A stretch of DNA of 64,000 bases from Neisseriaceae bacterium (GCA_027484385.1 JAIXTB010000133.1:714-64713); one strand, 5' to 3'. Positions 10,375 through 20,757 are shown, numbered from the stretch's first letter. Translations and numbers: made by a program. The notes: generated by a model not told the origin, from the letters alone.

Positions 10375-11150
10375 ACGATGGCTTGTTACTGCAAGGCGTG
10401 GCCGCCAGCTACGGCCGCCGCCAGATCCTGGCCGACATCAGCTGCCCGCCGCTACCACGTGGCGAAGTCACCGCCGTGCTGGGCCCCAATGGCTGCGGCA
10501 AGTCCACGCTGCTGAAAACACTGGCCGGCCTGTTGCCATTGCACGGCAGTGTGACGCTGGATGGCCAGGCGCTGGGCGCGCTACCGCTGGAAGCGCGCGC
10601 CCGCCACGTGGTGTACCTGCCGCAAAGCCTGCCGCCGGCGCTGCACCTGCGGGTGGTAGAGTCGGTGATGGTAGCGGCCAACGCCAGCGGCCTGGGGCTG
10701 GCCAGCCGCCACGCGGCAGCCGACATCGACACCCTGCTGGCGCGGCTGGGCATGGCCGAACTGGGCATGCGCTACCTGGACGAACTGTCTGGCGGCCAGA
10801 AACAGCTGGTGGGCCTGGCGCAGGCGCTGATCCGCCAGCCCGACGTGCTGCTGCTGGATGAACCCTTGTCGGCACTGGACCTCAACCACCAGTGCCACGT
10901 GATGCAGCTGGTGGCCGAGGAAACCCGCCGCCGCCGCATGGTGACGCTAGTGGTACTGCACGACCTCAATATTGCGCTGCATCACTGCCACCGTGCGCTA
11001 TTACTGAAAGACGGCGCCGTGCTGGCCTGCGGCCAACCTGCCGGTGTGATTACCCCGGCTACGCTGGCCAGCGTCTACGGCGTGCAAAGCCGCGTTGAAG
11101 CGTGTTCGCGTGGCCGCCTTAATGTACTGATCGACGGCGTCATCGCCTGA
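10371..11150 (+). CDS. Iron-siderophore ABC ATP-binding protein
   Basis: GPNGCGKST Walker A, LSGGQKQ signature, LLDEP Walker B. Confidence 0.93.
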   Translation: MNDGLLLQGVAASYGRRQILADISCPPLPRGEVTAVLGPNGCGKSTLLKTLAGLLPLHGSVTLDGQALGALPLEARARHVVYLPQSLPPALHLRVVESVMVAANASGLGLASRHAAADIDTLLARLGMAELGMRYLDELSGGQKQLVGLAQALIRQPDVLLLDEPLSALDLNHQCHVMQLVAEETRRRRMVTLVVLHDLNIALHHCHRALLLKDGAVLACGQPAGVITPATLASVYGVQSRVEACSRGRLNVLIDGVIA

Positions 11151-11172
11151 ACCACCCCACCAGGAACCCACC

Positions 11173-11913
11173 ATGAGCCACCCCACCGACCGCCAGTACC
11201 ACTTCGACACCCAGGTGGTACGCATCACCCAGCTCACACCGCGCATGCGCCGCATCACGGTAAACTGCCCGGAACTGGCCGTGTTTCACGTGGAAAACGG
11301 CCCCAACATCAAGCTGTACTTTGCGCTACCCGGCGGTGGCCGTACCTCGCGTACCTACACCGTGCGCCACTTTCGCCGTGATGCGCTGGAGCTGGATGTC
11401 GATTTCCTGCTGCACGAGCCGGACGGTGCGGCCTCGCACTGGGCACGCCACGCCCAGCCCGGCGATACGCTGGCCATCATGGGCCCGCGTGCACCACTAG
11501 ACCTGGCCGGCGAACAGCAGCTACTGCTGCTGGCCGACCTGTGCGCACTGCCTGCGGCCAGCGCGCTGCTGGAAAGCCTGCCCGCCGACACCTGCGGCCA
11601 CGCGCTGCTGGCAGTACCGGCCGAGGACGAGATCATCGCGCTGCAACACCCGGCCGGTATTGCCGTGCAATGGGTAGTGAACCCCGCTGTAGACGCGCTG
11701 CTACCGGCGCTGGCGGCGCTGCCCGCCAGCCAGTGGCAAGATGCCTACCTGTGGGCCGCGGCCGAGTCCGGCGTGGTAAAAGCCATCCGCGCGCACTTCA
11801 TCGCCGCCGGCCGCAGCAGCCGTGCCCGCACGCGGCTGGTGGGCTACTGGAAACAAGGCCTGGCCGAGCACGAATACCACGACCTGCGCCACGTGGAGAT
11901 GGACGAGACTTGA
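11173..11913 (+). CDS. Siderophore-interacting FAD-binding reductase (ViuB/YqjH family)
   Basis: SRTYTVR, LDVDFLLH..G.ASHWA..A.PGD, GYWK motifs. Confidence 0.9.
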   Translation: MSHPTDRQYHFDTQVVRITQLTPRMRRITVNCPELAVFHVENGPNIKLYFALPGGGRTSRTYTVRHFRRDALELDVDFLLHEPDGAASHWARHAQPGDTLAIMGPRAPLDLAGEQQLLLLADLCALPAASALLESLPADTCGHALLAVPAEDEIIALQHPAGIAVQWVVNPAVDALLPALAALPASQWQDAYLWAAAESGVVKAIRAHFIAAGRSSRARTRLVGYWKQGLAEHEYHDLRHVEMDET

Positions 11914-12000
11914 AATCGGCCACTGCCATCACCATGATGGGTTAGTCCATTGCCCGCCCGGTCGGGAGGGCAATACGGCCCCCTTCGTTGAGGATACAAG

Positions 12001-12609
12001 ATGAAACTGTTCTACTCCCCCGGTGCCTGCTCGCTGTCCCCGCACATTGCCCTGGCCGAGAGCGGCCTGCCGTACCAGTTCGAAAAAGTGAACCTGCGCG
12101 CCGAGCCACGCCTCACCGAAAGCGGCGCCGACTTCCGCGCCATCAACAGCAAGGGCTATGTACCGGCACTGCAGCTGGACAACGGCGAGATCCTCACCGA
12201 AGGCCCGGCGCTGGTGCAGTACATTGCCGACCAGGCGCCGGAAAAAAACCTGGCCGCGGCCAACGGCACGCTGGCGCGCTACCGCCTGCAAGAAGCGCTG
12301 AACTTCATTTCCACCGAAGTACATAAAGGCTTCTCCCCGCTGTTCCACAGCCAGGACGAGGCGGTAAAAGAAGCCGCCTGGCAGCGCCTGACCACCCGCT
12401 TTGACGCGCTCAACGCCACGCTGGGCCAGCAAGACTACCTGCTGGGCGACAGCTACACCGTGGCCGACGGCTACCTGTTCGTGTGCCTGTCGTGGACCAA
12501 ATACGTTGGCCGCACCCTGGATGCCTGGCCGGCGCTGCAGGCGTTCAGCGCCCGCATCTTTGCCCGCCCGGCGGTGCAACAAGCGATGAAAGAAGAAGGC
12601 CTGCTGTAA
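12001..12609 (+). CDS. gstA: Glutathione S-transferase (beta class)
   Basis: MKLFYSPGACSLSPHI, N.KGYVPAL..DNGEILTEG. Confidence 0.9.
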   Translation: MKLFYSPGACSLSPHIALAESGLPYQFEKVNLRAEPRLTESGADFRAINSKGYVPALQLDNGEILTEGPALVQYIADQAPEKNLAAANGTLARYRLQEALNFISTEVHKGFSPLFHSQDEAVKEAAWQRLTTRFDALNATLGQQDYLLGDSYTVADGYLFVCLSWTKYVGRTLDAWPALQAFSARIFARPAVQQAMKEEGLL

Positions 12610-12633
12610 GCGGCCAACTTGGCCGACACCACC

Positions 12634-12658
12634 ACGCCCTGCCTGTGCAGGGCGTTTT
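12634..12658 (+). terminator. Intrinsic terminator after gst
   Basis: ACGCCCTGC-ctgt-GCAGGGCGT followed by TTT. Confidence 0.6.
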
Positions 12659-12688
12659 GCCTTGTACCCGCCCCATGAAGGACACCGC

Positions 12689-13033
12689 ATGACCCACCTT
12701 GTGAACGTAGACGGCCTGATCGCCGCCCAGCGCGAGTTTGCCACCGCCCGCCACTGGCAGCCGTTTCACACCCCGCGCAACCTGATGCTGGCGCTGACCG
12801 GCGAAGTCGGCGAGCTGGCCGAGATCTTCCAGTGGAAAACCGACGCCGAGGCCGCCAACCTTGCGGCCAACCCAGCCGACTACACCCACTTGCAGGAAGA
12901 GCTGGCCGATGTGCTGATGTACCTGGTGCGACTGGCCGATGTGACAGGCGTAGACCTGAACGCCGCCGTGGCAGACAAGCTGCAGAAGAACGCCCGCAAG
13001 TACCCGGCCGACGGCAGCCGCGCACTGGGCTAA
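12689..13033 (+). CDS. MazG-like nucleotide pyrophosphohydrolase
   Basis: WQPFHTPRNL..AL.GEVGELAEIFQW, EELADVL.YL. Confidence 0.88.
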   Translation: MTHLVNVDGLIAAQREFATARHWQPFHTPRNLMLALTGEVGELAEIFQWKTDAEAANLAANPADYTHLQEELADVLMYLVRLADVTGVDLNAAVADKLQKNARKYPADGSRALG

Positions 13034-13119
13034 AGCTGCGTTGTCAGGCAGGCGGCACTTATTGCACACTCGCGCCATCAGCCGGCACCCGACCGGCTAC
13101 CAACACGAGTAAGCACACC

Positions 13120-15024
13120 ATGACACGCCAACTGTTTGCCGCCAGCCTGCTGGCCATGGCCGTTAGCACCACCTGGGCCGCCCCGGTGAAGCTGCGCCTG
13201 CTGGAAACCAGCGATATCCACATGAACCTGGTGAACTACGACTACTACCAGGACAAAGCCACCGATGATTTTGGCCTGGCCAAAACCGTCAGCCTGATCA
13301 AGACCGCGCGTAGCGAAGCCAGAAACAGCGTACTGATCGACAACGGCGACCTGCTGCAGGGCAGCCCGATGGGCGACCTGGTGGCCAAGGTCAAACCGCT
13401 GAAAAAGGGTGAAACCCACCCGGCCTACACCGTGATGAACGCGCTGCGCTACGACGCCGGCAATATCGGCAACCACGAATTCAACTTCGGCCTGCCCTTC
13501 CTCAAGCAGGCGCTGAAAGGTGCTGCCTTCCCCTATGTGTCGGCCAACGTCACCGACGCCAAAACCGGCAAGCCGCTGGTGCAGCCCTACACCCTGCTCA
13601 AGCGCAAGGTACAGGACGAAGACGGCAAGACGCACACGCTGACCATCGGCGTGATCGGCTTCGTACCGCCGCAGATCCTGATGTGGGATAAGGCCAACCT
13701 GGAAGGCCGCGTGCAGGCGCAGGACATCCTGGACAGCGCCCGCCGCTACGTGCCGGAAATGAAGAAAAAGGGCGCAGACATCGTGGTAGCGGTGGCGCAC
13801 TCCGGCTTCGAGAAGAGCGAACAGCCGCGTTTTGCCGAAAACTCGGTAGCCGGCCTGGCCGAGGTAGCGGGCATTGACGCCATCCTGTTTGGCCACGCCC
13901 ACGCCGAGTTTCCATCCAAGGCGTTTGCCGACTACCCCAAAGTGAATATCGACAAAGGCACCATCAACGGCGTGGCCGCCACCATGCCCGGCCGCTGGGG
14001 CGACCACCTGGGCGTCATCGACCTCACCCTGGACAAGGTTGGCCGCAGCTGGAAAGTGGTCGACCAGCAAGCCAGCCTGCGCCCCATCTTCGACAAGAAA
14101 GCCAAAAAGCCCACCGTAGACGCCGACCCCATGGTGCGCGAGCTGATTGGCCATGTGCACGACGATACCCTGACCTACGTGCGCGGCCGCGTGGCCGAGA
14201 GCACCGCCCCCATCTACAGCTACTTTGCCCAGGTAGCGGATGACCCGTCGGTACAGATCGTGTCGCAAGCCCAGCTGTGGTATGTGCAAAACGCCGTACG
14301 CGGCACCGAATACGAAAAGCTGCCGCTGCTGTCTGCCGCCGCGCCTTTCAAGGCGGGCGGCCGCCAGGGCTGGGGCTACTACACCGATATTCCGGCCGGC
14401 CCGCTGGCCATCAAGCACCTGGCCGACCTGTACATCTACCCCAACACCCTGAAAGTGGTGAAGGTAAAAGGCAGCGACGTACGCGAATGGCTGGAACGCT
14501 CCGCCGGCCAGTTCAACCGCATCGACCCGCAAGGCCCGGCCACCCAGGCGCTGATCAACCCGGACTTCCGCTCGTACAACTTCGATACCATCGACGGCGT
14601 GAGCTACGACATCGACGTCACCCAGCCCTCGCGCTATGACATGGATGGCAAGCTGGTCGCGGCAGAAGCCCGCCGCATCGTGAACCTGCGCTACAACGGC
14701 CAGCCGCTGGACGACAACCAGACCTTCCTGGTAGCCACCAACAACTACCGCGCCAGCGGCGGTGGCAACTTTGCCGGCCTCAACGGCAAGCAGATCGTCA
14801 TTGATGCCCCGGATGAAAACCGTGAAGCACTGGCGCGCTACCTGGCCAGCAAAGGCACCGTGAACCCCAGCCGCGACAACAACTGGCGCATTTTGCCGGT
14901 AGCCGGTGTCGGCCTGCGCTTTAGCACGGGTGCCGGTGCCCGCGCCGTGCTGGCACGCCACCCGGAACTCACCCTGGCAAGCGATAACGGGGACGGCTCA
15001 CTCAGTATCGAGCTGATCAAATAG
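13120..15024 (+). CDS. cpdB: 2',3'-cyclic-nucleotide 2'-phosphodiesterase/3'-nucleotidase
   Basis: ETSDIH, DNGDLLQGSP, GNHEFN, FGHAH metallophosphoesterase motifs and YTYPNTL-like C-terminal domain. Confidence 0.92.
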   Translation: MTRQLFAASLLAMAVSTTWAAPVKLRLLETSDIHMNLVNYDYYQDKATDDFGLAKTVSLIKTARSEARNSVLIDNGDLLQGSPMGDLVAKVKPLKKGETHPAYTVMNALRYDAGNIGNHEFNFGLPFLKQALKGAAFPYVSANVTDAKTGKPLVQPYTLLKRKVQDEDGKTHTLTIGVIGFVPPQILMWDKANLEGRVQAQDILDSARRYVPEMKKKGADIVVAVAHSGFEKSEQPRFAENSVAGLAEVAGIDAILFGHAHAEFPSKAFADYPKVNIDKGTINGVAATMPGRWGDHLGVIDLTLDKVGRSWKVVDQQASLRPIFDKKAKKPTVDADPMVRELIGHVHDDTLTYVRGRVAESTAPIYSYFAQVADDPSVQIVSQAQLWYVQNAVRGTEYEKLPLLSAAAPFKAGGRQGWGYYTDIPAGPLAIKHLADLYIYPNTLKVVKVKGSDVREWLERSAGQFNRIDPQGPATQALINPDFRSYNFDTIDGVSYDIDVTQPSRYDMDGKLVAAEARRIVNLRYNGQPLDDNQTFLVATNNYRASGGGNFAGLNGKQIVIDAPDENREALARYLASKGTVNPSRDNNWRILPVAGVGLRFSTGAGARAVLARHPELTLASDNGDGSLSIELIK

Positions 15025-15042
15025 CAGTGTTGCATAAATGAC

Positions 15043-15072
15043 AAAAGGCTGGTCTATTGATCAGCCTTTTTT
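15043..15072 (+). terminator. Intrinsic terminator after cpdB
   Basis: AAAAGGCTGGTC-tatt-GATCAGCCTTTTTTT. Confidence 0.75.
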
Positions 15073-15196
15073 ATAAAGGTATGCAGCTATTTTTTACCAA
15101 ATATCCACTAATTGTCATTTAATTTAAAACACAAGTCATGACGATTTCAAGCAACTGTTAACCTATTTCTTTTTGTAGACAGCCACTTGAGCGGAC

Positions 15197-16132
15197 ATGA
15201 CGCTATCTGACCACTCGCTTACCCCGCCAACCGGCCAGCTCCACCCGGACGCAGCACGGCTGCAGCAAATCCTGGATTTACTGCCCCATCCCGTCATGCT
15301 GTTCCGGCCAGACCATACCGTGGAATACGCCAACGCCGAAGCCCGTCGCCAGTATGGCGAGCCAAAACACGGGCCATGCCATCACTATATCCACGGCAGC
15401 AGCCAACCCTGTGACGACGACAAACCCTGCCCGCGCCAGCAGGTAATCGAATGGCGCAAACCTGTCACCACCGAACAAACCTGTACCGACAGCTTTGGCC
15501 AGCAACGCTTTTTTGAGATTACCCTGGCGCCGCTATTCAATGCACAAGGCGAGCTGGATGGCCTGCTGGAAACGCACCACGATGTCACCGCCCGCCGCCA
15601 GGAAGCCCAGCGCCTGCAGCTGCTGCAAGGCCACCTTACCGAGCTGGCCCACCGTGACTCGCTCACCGGGCTGGCCAACCGTCGTTACCTGGAACTGAAG
15701 CTGGACAACCTAGCCAAGGACACCGCATCCCGTCTGTGCGCCTTGCTGTTTCTGGACCTGGATCGTTTCAAGGCCATTAACGATGTGCACGGTCACGTCA
15801 TTGGCGACCGCGTGCTGTCTACCATGGCCGCGCGCCTGCGCGGTGTCGTCCGCACCAGTGACCTGCTGATCCGCGTAGGCGGTGACGAGTTTGCCGTCCT
15901 GCTGGAAAGCACCAATGAGAGCGGTGCCCGCGCCGTCGCCAGCAAGATCATCGCCACGCTGTCCGGCCCGGTAGAGGGGCTAAGCCTGCCCAACAGCGTC
16001 AGCGCCTCGGTGGGCATCACCCTGTTTACCAGCGGCAGTGTCATGCCACGCGATATCCTGACCCAGGCCGATAGCGCCATGTACCGCGCCAAACGCCGTG
16101 GCGGCAACGACCGCGAGCTGGTCAGACTGTAA
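15197..16132 (+). CDS. PAS-GGDEF diguanylate cyclase
   Basis: PAS-like N-terminus, DSLTGLANRR, RxxD I-site (RTSD) and intact GGDEF. Confidence 0.9.
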   Translation: MTLSDHSLTPPTGQLHPDAARLQQILDLLPHPVMLFRPDHTVEYANAEARRQYGEPKHGPCHHYIHGSSQPCDDDKPCPRQQVIEWRKPVTTEQTCTDSFGQQRFFEITLAPLFNAQGELDGLLETHHDVTARRQEAQRLQLLQGHLTELAHRDSLTGLANRRYLELKLDNLAKDTASRLCALLFLDLDRFKAINDVHGHVIGDRVLSTMAARLRGVVRTSDLLIRVGGDEFAVLLESTNESGARAVASKIIATLSGPVEGLSLPNSVSASVGITLFTSGSVMPRDILTQADSAMYRAKRRGGNDRELVRL

Positions 16133-16143
16133 GCCGGCGCGCC

Positions 16144-16193
16144 CCAAGACAATGCGGCCAACCCTGGTAACAAGGTTGGCCGCATTGTCTTGG
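16144..16193. terminator. Bidirectional terminator-like hairpin built from two inverted TGCGGCCAACC motifs
   Basis: 20-bp perfect stem ccaagacaatgcggccaacc / ggttggccgcattgtcttgg between convergent genes. Confidence 0.8.
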
Positions 16194-16210
16194 CAAACGC
16201 TATTGCGCGC

Positions 16211-17425
16211 TTATAAAAAGCGCAGCGGGTTTACCTTCCATTTTGCCGGGTCTTCATGGCTGACAATCTTGTCGCCCCCGCCAAAGCCCAGTGGTTTGGC
16301 CAGATTCACCAGCTCAGGGGTCTGGTACACGCCGCTGCGGGTGCTGAAAAACGTTTTCACCGTCGGCTGCAGCAGGTTGCCTTCGTTCTGCTCTACCACC
16401 ACCCCCAGCTTGCCAGACTCCAGCAACACCAGCGTCCCTACCGGGTAGATCCCCACACAGCGCATGAAAGCCTGCACCAGCTTGGGGTCGAAATGGTATT
16501 TGCTCCACTCGTACAGCTTGCGCAGGCCGTCGGTAGCCGACATACCCTTGTGGTAACAACGATCCGCAGTAATAGCGTCGTATACGTCGACGATGGCGGC
16601 CATCTTGGCCATGGTGGTGATTTGCTCGCCCGGCAGCTTGTGCGGGTAGCCACTGCCATCCACCCGCTCGTGGTGGTGCAGGGTGATATCCAGCGGAATC
16701 TCGCCAATACCTGGTGTCTTCAGCAAAATGGCATGGCCGTCGCCAGGGTGGCGGCGGATGATATCGAACTCTTCGTCGGTGAGCCGGCCGGGCTTGTTCA
16801 GCACCTCGTCCGGTACCAGCGCCTTGCCGGTATCGTGCAGCAGGCCACCCAGGCCTGCCTGGCGGATGGCTTCGCGGTCCATGCCTACCGAGCGGCAAAA
16901 GGCAATCATCAGCGTACCGACACTGACCGAGTGCAAAAAGGTGTAATCGTCTTTGTTCTTGATGCGCAGCAGGGTCGTCAGTGCGCCACCATTGCGCAGT
17001 ACCGATTCGGTAATGGACTCGATCATCGGGTCCACCTGCTCCAGCTCCACCGCCTTGCCCAGGCGCACGTCCTGCATCACTGTTTTGACCAGCGTCTGTG
17101 CCTGTGTCTTGATGCGGGCGGCGCGGCCCATTTCGTCAGCAAAGGACACCTGGATGATGGGCGAGGGCTCTTTGCTGGCGATGTCCAGCATCTCTTGCTG
17201 CAGTGTTTCTTTGACTTCCTGTTCGGTACGGGCGTACCGAACGTCCAGCCCCTTCTGGGTGTCGATATACACCTCATGGATGCCGGCTTCGATAATCTTG
17301 GCTATCTCACTGTCCTGCTTCAGCAAAAAGCTTTTGCGAAAAAACGGGTGAGAAGCCCAGTCGCAGTTCAGGTCATGCACGAACATGCCGACTTTCAGAT
17401 CCGAGACATCTATACACTTAATCAT
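16211..17425 (-). CDS. HD-GYP c-di-GMP phosphodiesterase with DUF3391-type N-terminus
   Basis: LHDTGK, HHERVDGSGYP, IVDVYDAIT motifs. Confidence 0.92.
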   Translation of the reverse strand: MIKCIDVSDLKVGMFVHDLNCDWASHPFFRKSFLLKQDSEIAKIIEAGIHEVYIDTQKGLDVRYARTEQEVKETLQQEMLDIASKEPSPIIQVSFADEMGRAARIKTQAQTLVKTVMQDVRLGKAVELEQVDPMIESITESVLRNGGALTTLLRIKNKDDYTFLHSVSVGTLMIAFCRSVGMDREAIRQAGLGGLLHDTGKALVPDEVLNKPGRLTDEEFDIIRRHPGDGHAILLKTPGIGEIPLDITLHHHERVDGSGYPHKLPGEQITTMAKMAAIVDVYDAITADRCYHKGMSATDGLRKLYEWSKYHFDPKLVQAFMRCVGIYPVGTLVLLESGKLGVVVEQNEGNLLQPTVKTFFSTRSGVYQTPELVNLAKPLGFGGGDKIVSHEDPAKWKVNPLRFL

Positions 17426-17682
17426 TTAATTACTGGCAGCTATAAAAAGAGTGAGGCGGCGCACCAAACGGATCGCCAAGGCTACAGGCATCAAACCGAA
17501 ACAGCTACCTGCATTGCAGTAGTTAATTATCGAAGCCATCGGCACGTAATGCCAAGCTTCATTTAAGACTTTGCGCAGACGAATGCACGGGCAGACCCGA
17601 CAAAGTCTGTTGTATTTCATGTGCATTGTCCACCCGACCCCGCCCGGTGCTGATCATTTTCTATCCAACAGCAACCGTCGGG

Positions 17683-17721
17683 CGTAAGGTATTTCTAAAA
17701 GGATACGTAGAAATACTTACG
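17683..17721. promoter_or_regulatory. AT-rich inverted repeat upstream of the MCP gene (operator or hairpin)
   Basis: cgtaaggtatttcta-N10-tagaaatacttacg (one bulge), about 55 nt before ATG 17778. Confidence 0.45.
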
Positions 17722-17777
17722 GCGGGCTTCTATTCTTTAAACCAAGCACCGCCCTGACTCAGCACAAGGAATGCCAT

Positions 17778-19856
17778 ATGGGAAAAACAGCCAAGTGGGG
17801 ACACCTGGGCAACCGCATTATCCTGGTCGCCGGGGTGGCGATTGCGGTAGGTTTCAGCAGCATGATCGGCCTGATTGCCAAGCAAAGCTACGACTCGGCC
17901 AAGAACCAGGGCTACCAGCTGGCATCCGAACAAGCCGGGCGCTTTGCCGATGCCGTAACGGGGGACCTGAGCCGCGGCTTTGCCACGCCCAAACACCTGG
18001 CAGATGCGGTAGCCGGCATGCAGCGTGCCGGCGTGGTAGACCGCAAAGTCATCGATAACACCATCCTTAGCGTACTGGATGCCGAGCCACAAATCATCGG
18101 CATGTGGATGTTGTATGAACCCAATGCCCTGGATGGCAAAGACGACCAGTTCCGTCTGGATTGGCCACGGCACGACCCGTCCGGGCGCTACAGCCCCTAT
18201 ATGACGCGGGGCGCAGACGGCAAAGCGGCGCAAGACGTGATGATGTCCAAAGACCGGGTCGAGAAGTTTCCGGAATGGAAAGACAAACTCACCGAATACG
18301 TACCGGACTACGACAAGCCGGGCTGGGGTGACTTTTACTATGTGCCGAAAACCCGTGGCCGCGACACCATTACCGAGCCGTTCTTTTACGAAGTACAGGG
18401 CAAACAGGTACTGGAAAGCTCGCTGGCCGTGGTCATCAAGGACGCCAGCGGCAAATTCATTGGCGTCGCCGCGGCCGATCTGGCACTGGATACCCTGCAG
18501 AAAAAGTATGGCAGCGTGAAGCTGTACGACACCGGCTATGTACGCATGGTGTCCGAAGGTGGCCTGTACGTGGTGAACCCCGATGCCGCGCTGGTAGGCA
18601 AACCGCTGGCCAAGGAAGACCCGCTGGCGGCCAACGCAGATAAGATCAAGAAAGGCGAAAGCTTCGTCTATGAAGATAGCGGCTTCACCCACTTCTTTTA
18701 CCCGATCAAGGTAGGCGAAACCGGCCAGTACTGGGCAGCGGGCGTATCCATCCCCACCGCAGCCATTACCGAATCGGCCGTGAGCCAGCGCAATATGGCC
18801 ATCGTCATCGGCATCGTGGCGCTGATCATCATCCTGCTGGTACTGGCCGCCGTGGTGCGCGCACTGACCCGCCCGCTGAACACCCTGGCCAACACCATGG
18901 AGCAGCTGGCCAGCGGCAAAGGCGACCTGACTGTACGCATCCATGTCAGCAACCGTGATGAAATCGGCCACACCGCCGACGCCTTCAACCGTTTCATCGA
19001 CAGCCTGCGCGAGATGTTCATCGACGTGCGCGAGCAGAGCCTGGCCGTGAGCCGTAGCGCCGGGCAGCTGGCCGACAGTGCCATCAAGGTAGAACAGGCC
19101 TCGGCGCAGCAGTCCGACGCGGCCAGCGCCACCGCCGCCGGTGTGGAAGAGGTCACCGTCAGCGTGCAGCACATTGCCAACTCGGCCAGCGACGCCGAAA
19201 GCATCGTGCGCGAAACCGGCCAGCTTACCGAGAAGAGCGTGGCCACCGTGGGCCAGGTCACCGACGAAATCCAGCGCATGACCAGCAGCATGCAAGCACT
19301 GGCCGACCGTATGGGCGCGCTCGGAGAGCGCTCGCAAGAGGTCAACACCATCGTCAACGTGATCAAGGACATTGCCGACCAGACCAACCTGCTGGCGCTG
19401 AACGCCGCCATCGAAGCCGCCCGGGCCGGCGAGCAGGGCAGGGGCTTTGCCGTGGTAGCCGACGAGGTACGCAACCTGGCAGGGCGCACTGCCGAAGCCA
19501 CCGTGCAGATCAGCCGCATCGTCAACGCCATCGGCAGCGAAACCAGCGATGCGGTGGCCGACGTGAAACACAGCCGCGACCTGGTAGCGGTGAGCGTGGA
19601 CATTGCCCATGCGGCCAACCAGGCCATGCAAACGGTGCAGGAAAAGAGCCACACGCTGGTGATGTCGATTGGCGACATTGCCTCGTCCACCCGCGAGCAG
19701 TCCAGCGCCACCACCGAGATCGCGCAGAACGTGGAGCGCATCAGCAATATGGCGCACACCAACAGCGACATCGCACGCGAGGTGCGCAGCGAGGTAGAGC
19801 AGCTGCGCGAGCTGTCCGGCAACCTGGAGCGGCTGGTGAGCAATTTCCGGCTATAA
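17778..19856 (+). CDS. Methyl-accepting chemotaxis protein with dCache-type periplasmic sensor
   Basis: Two TM segments, Cache-like ITEPFFY...[14 protein letters not shown] signature [23 protein letters not shown]. Confidence 0.93.
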   Translation: MGKTAKWGHLGNRIILVAGVAIAVGFSSMIGLIAKQSYDSAKNQGYQLASEQAGRFADAVTGDLSRGFATPKHLADAVAGMQRAGVVDRKVIDNTILSVLDAEPQIIGMWMLYEPNALDGKDDQFRLDWPRHDPSGRYSPYMTRGADGKAAQDVMMSKDRVEKFPEWKDKLTEYVPDYDKPGWGDFYYVPKTRGRDTITEPFFYEVQGKQVLESSLAVVIKDASGKFIGVAAADLALDTLQKKYGSVKLYDTGYVRMVSEGGLYVVNPDAALVGKPLAKEDPLAANADKIKKGESFVYEDSGFTHFFYPIKVGETGQYWAAGVSIPTAAITESAVSQRNMAIVIGIVALIIILLVLAAVVRALTRPLNTLANTMEQLASGKGDLTVRIHVSNRDEIGHTADAFNRFIDSLREMFIDVREQSLAVSRSAGQLADSAIKVEQASAQQSDAASATAAGVEEVTVSVQHIANSASDAESIVRETGQLTEKSVATVGQVTDEIQRMTSSMQALADRMGALGERSQEVNTIVNVIKDIADQTNLLALNAAIEAARAGEQGRGFAVVADEVRNLAGRTAEATVQISRIVNAIGSETSDAVADVKHSRDLVAVSVDIAHAANQAMQTVQEKSHTLVMSIGDIASSTREQSSATTEIAQNVERISNMAHTNSDIAREVRSEVEQLRELSGNLERLVSNFRL

Positions 19857-19881
19857 GACAAGCAGCAGAATCTAGCCCCCA

Positions 19882-19914
19882 GCAAAAGCCACCCGGTAAC
19901 GGGTGGCTTTTTGC
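19882..19914 (+). terminator. Intrinsic terminator after the MCP gene
   Basis: GCAAAAGCCACCCG-gtaa-CGGGTGGCTTTTTGC. Confidence 0.85.
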
Positions 19915-19963
19915 ATGACACCCTATTGATTTACCATGTGGCATCCCCCGCAAGAAAGCCGCC

Positions 19964-20524
19964 ATGGACTGGCCCGCCTACCTGTTTGCCTGCGCTACGC
20001 TAATCCTGACACCAGGTGCCGGCACCCTGTCGGTACTGGGCGCCCGCGCTCACGGCGGTAAACGCGCCGGCCTCATCGCCATCGCCGGCCTGGCGTGTGG
20101 TGACCTGATACTGGTCGTTGCGGTATCCGCCGGCCTGGCCGGCGTACTACAGCAATGGCCCGCAACGCAGCTGCTACTACGCTGGGCAGGTGCCCTGTAT
20201 CTACTATGGTTGGCCGCAACACTGTGGCGCCCACCGACAGCAGTCAGCACAAGGGCAGGACATCATGCCTTCCGCCACAGCCTGCTGCTTACCTTGCTGA
20301 ACCCGAAAGCCATTCTGTTTTTTGCCGTGTTCTTCCCGCCATTTGCCCCACCCGGTAGTGGTATCAGCGGCCTGCTGCTGCCGGGTTTACTGTTCTGCCT
20401 GCTCAATAGCCTGTGGCTGCTGCTCTTGCTGCAGGGGGCACCCGCCCAGCTAATGGGCCCACGCTGGCGGCCATGGTTGGCCGCAGGCTTCGTACTGTTG
20501 GCCGCACGGCTGATCGCCAGCTAA
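19964..20524 (+). CDS. LysE/RhtB-family amino-acid exporter
   Basis: LTPGAG, G..CGD, GALYLLWLA, LLNPKAILFF motifs. Confidence 0.85.
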   Translation: MDWPAYLFACATLILTPGAGTLSVLGARAHGGKRAGLIAIAGLACGDLILVVAVSAGLAGVLQQWPATQLLLRWAGALYLLWLAATLWRPPTAVSTRAGHHAFRHSLLLTLLNPKAILFFAVFFPPFAPPGSGISGLLLPGLLFCLLNSLWLLLLLQGAPAQLMGPRWRPWLAAGFVLLAARLIAS

Positions 20525-20584
20525 CCCCTACCCACACCGCGGTGGATTTCGTATAATCCCGCAGTTTTGTTCGCGAGCCGCATC

Positions 20585-20701
20585 ATGATTCCTTCCCGCC
20601 CACGCACTGCCGCTTTTGTCGCCCTGGCGCGAGGCGTTGCCGTTGCCGGCCGTGATCGACATGCTGCCGGGCCCGACCGTTTTTGTAAAAAAAGCTCCTG
20701 A
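20585..20701 (+). CDS. Candidate pyrBI leader peptide (38 aa, PyrL-like role)
   Basis: ATG at 20585 downstream of TATAAT (20552-20557). Reads [38 protein letters not shown] and stops inside the attenuator stem. Confidence 0.5.
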   Translation: MIPSRPRTAAFVALARGVAVAGRDRHAAGPDRFCKKSS

Positions 20702-20723
20702 TTGCTCAGGGGCTTTTTTTACA
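20685..20723 (+). terminator. pyrBI leader attenuator terminator
   Basis: AAAAAAAGCTCCTGA-ttgc-TCAGGGGCTTTTTTT located about 35 nt upstream of pyrB. Confidence 0.8.
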
Positions 20724-20757
20724 GCCTTGTTTTTGTCATCTGCCGGAGCGACCCGCC

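Noticed and set aside
13078-14961. 627-aa antisense ORF opposite cpdB (also 17730-19757, 35667-37634, 30881-31855 and similar)
   Set aside because: Shadow ORFs produced by high-GC codon bias opposite well-supported genes; no recognisable motifs.
17580-17640. c-di-GMP-I riboswitch upstream of the MCP gene (GCACGGGCAGACC...)
   Set aside because: Only the first few bases resemble the consensus. The GAAA tetraloop and receptor and the second stem could not be found.
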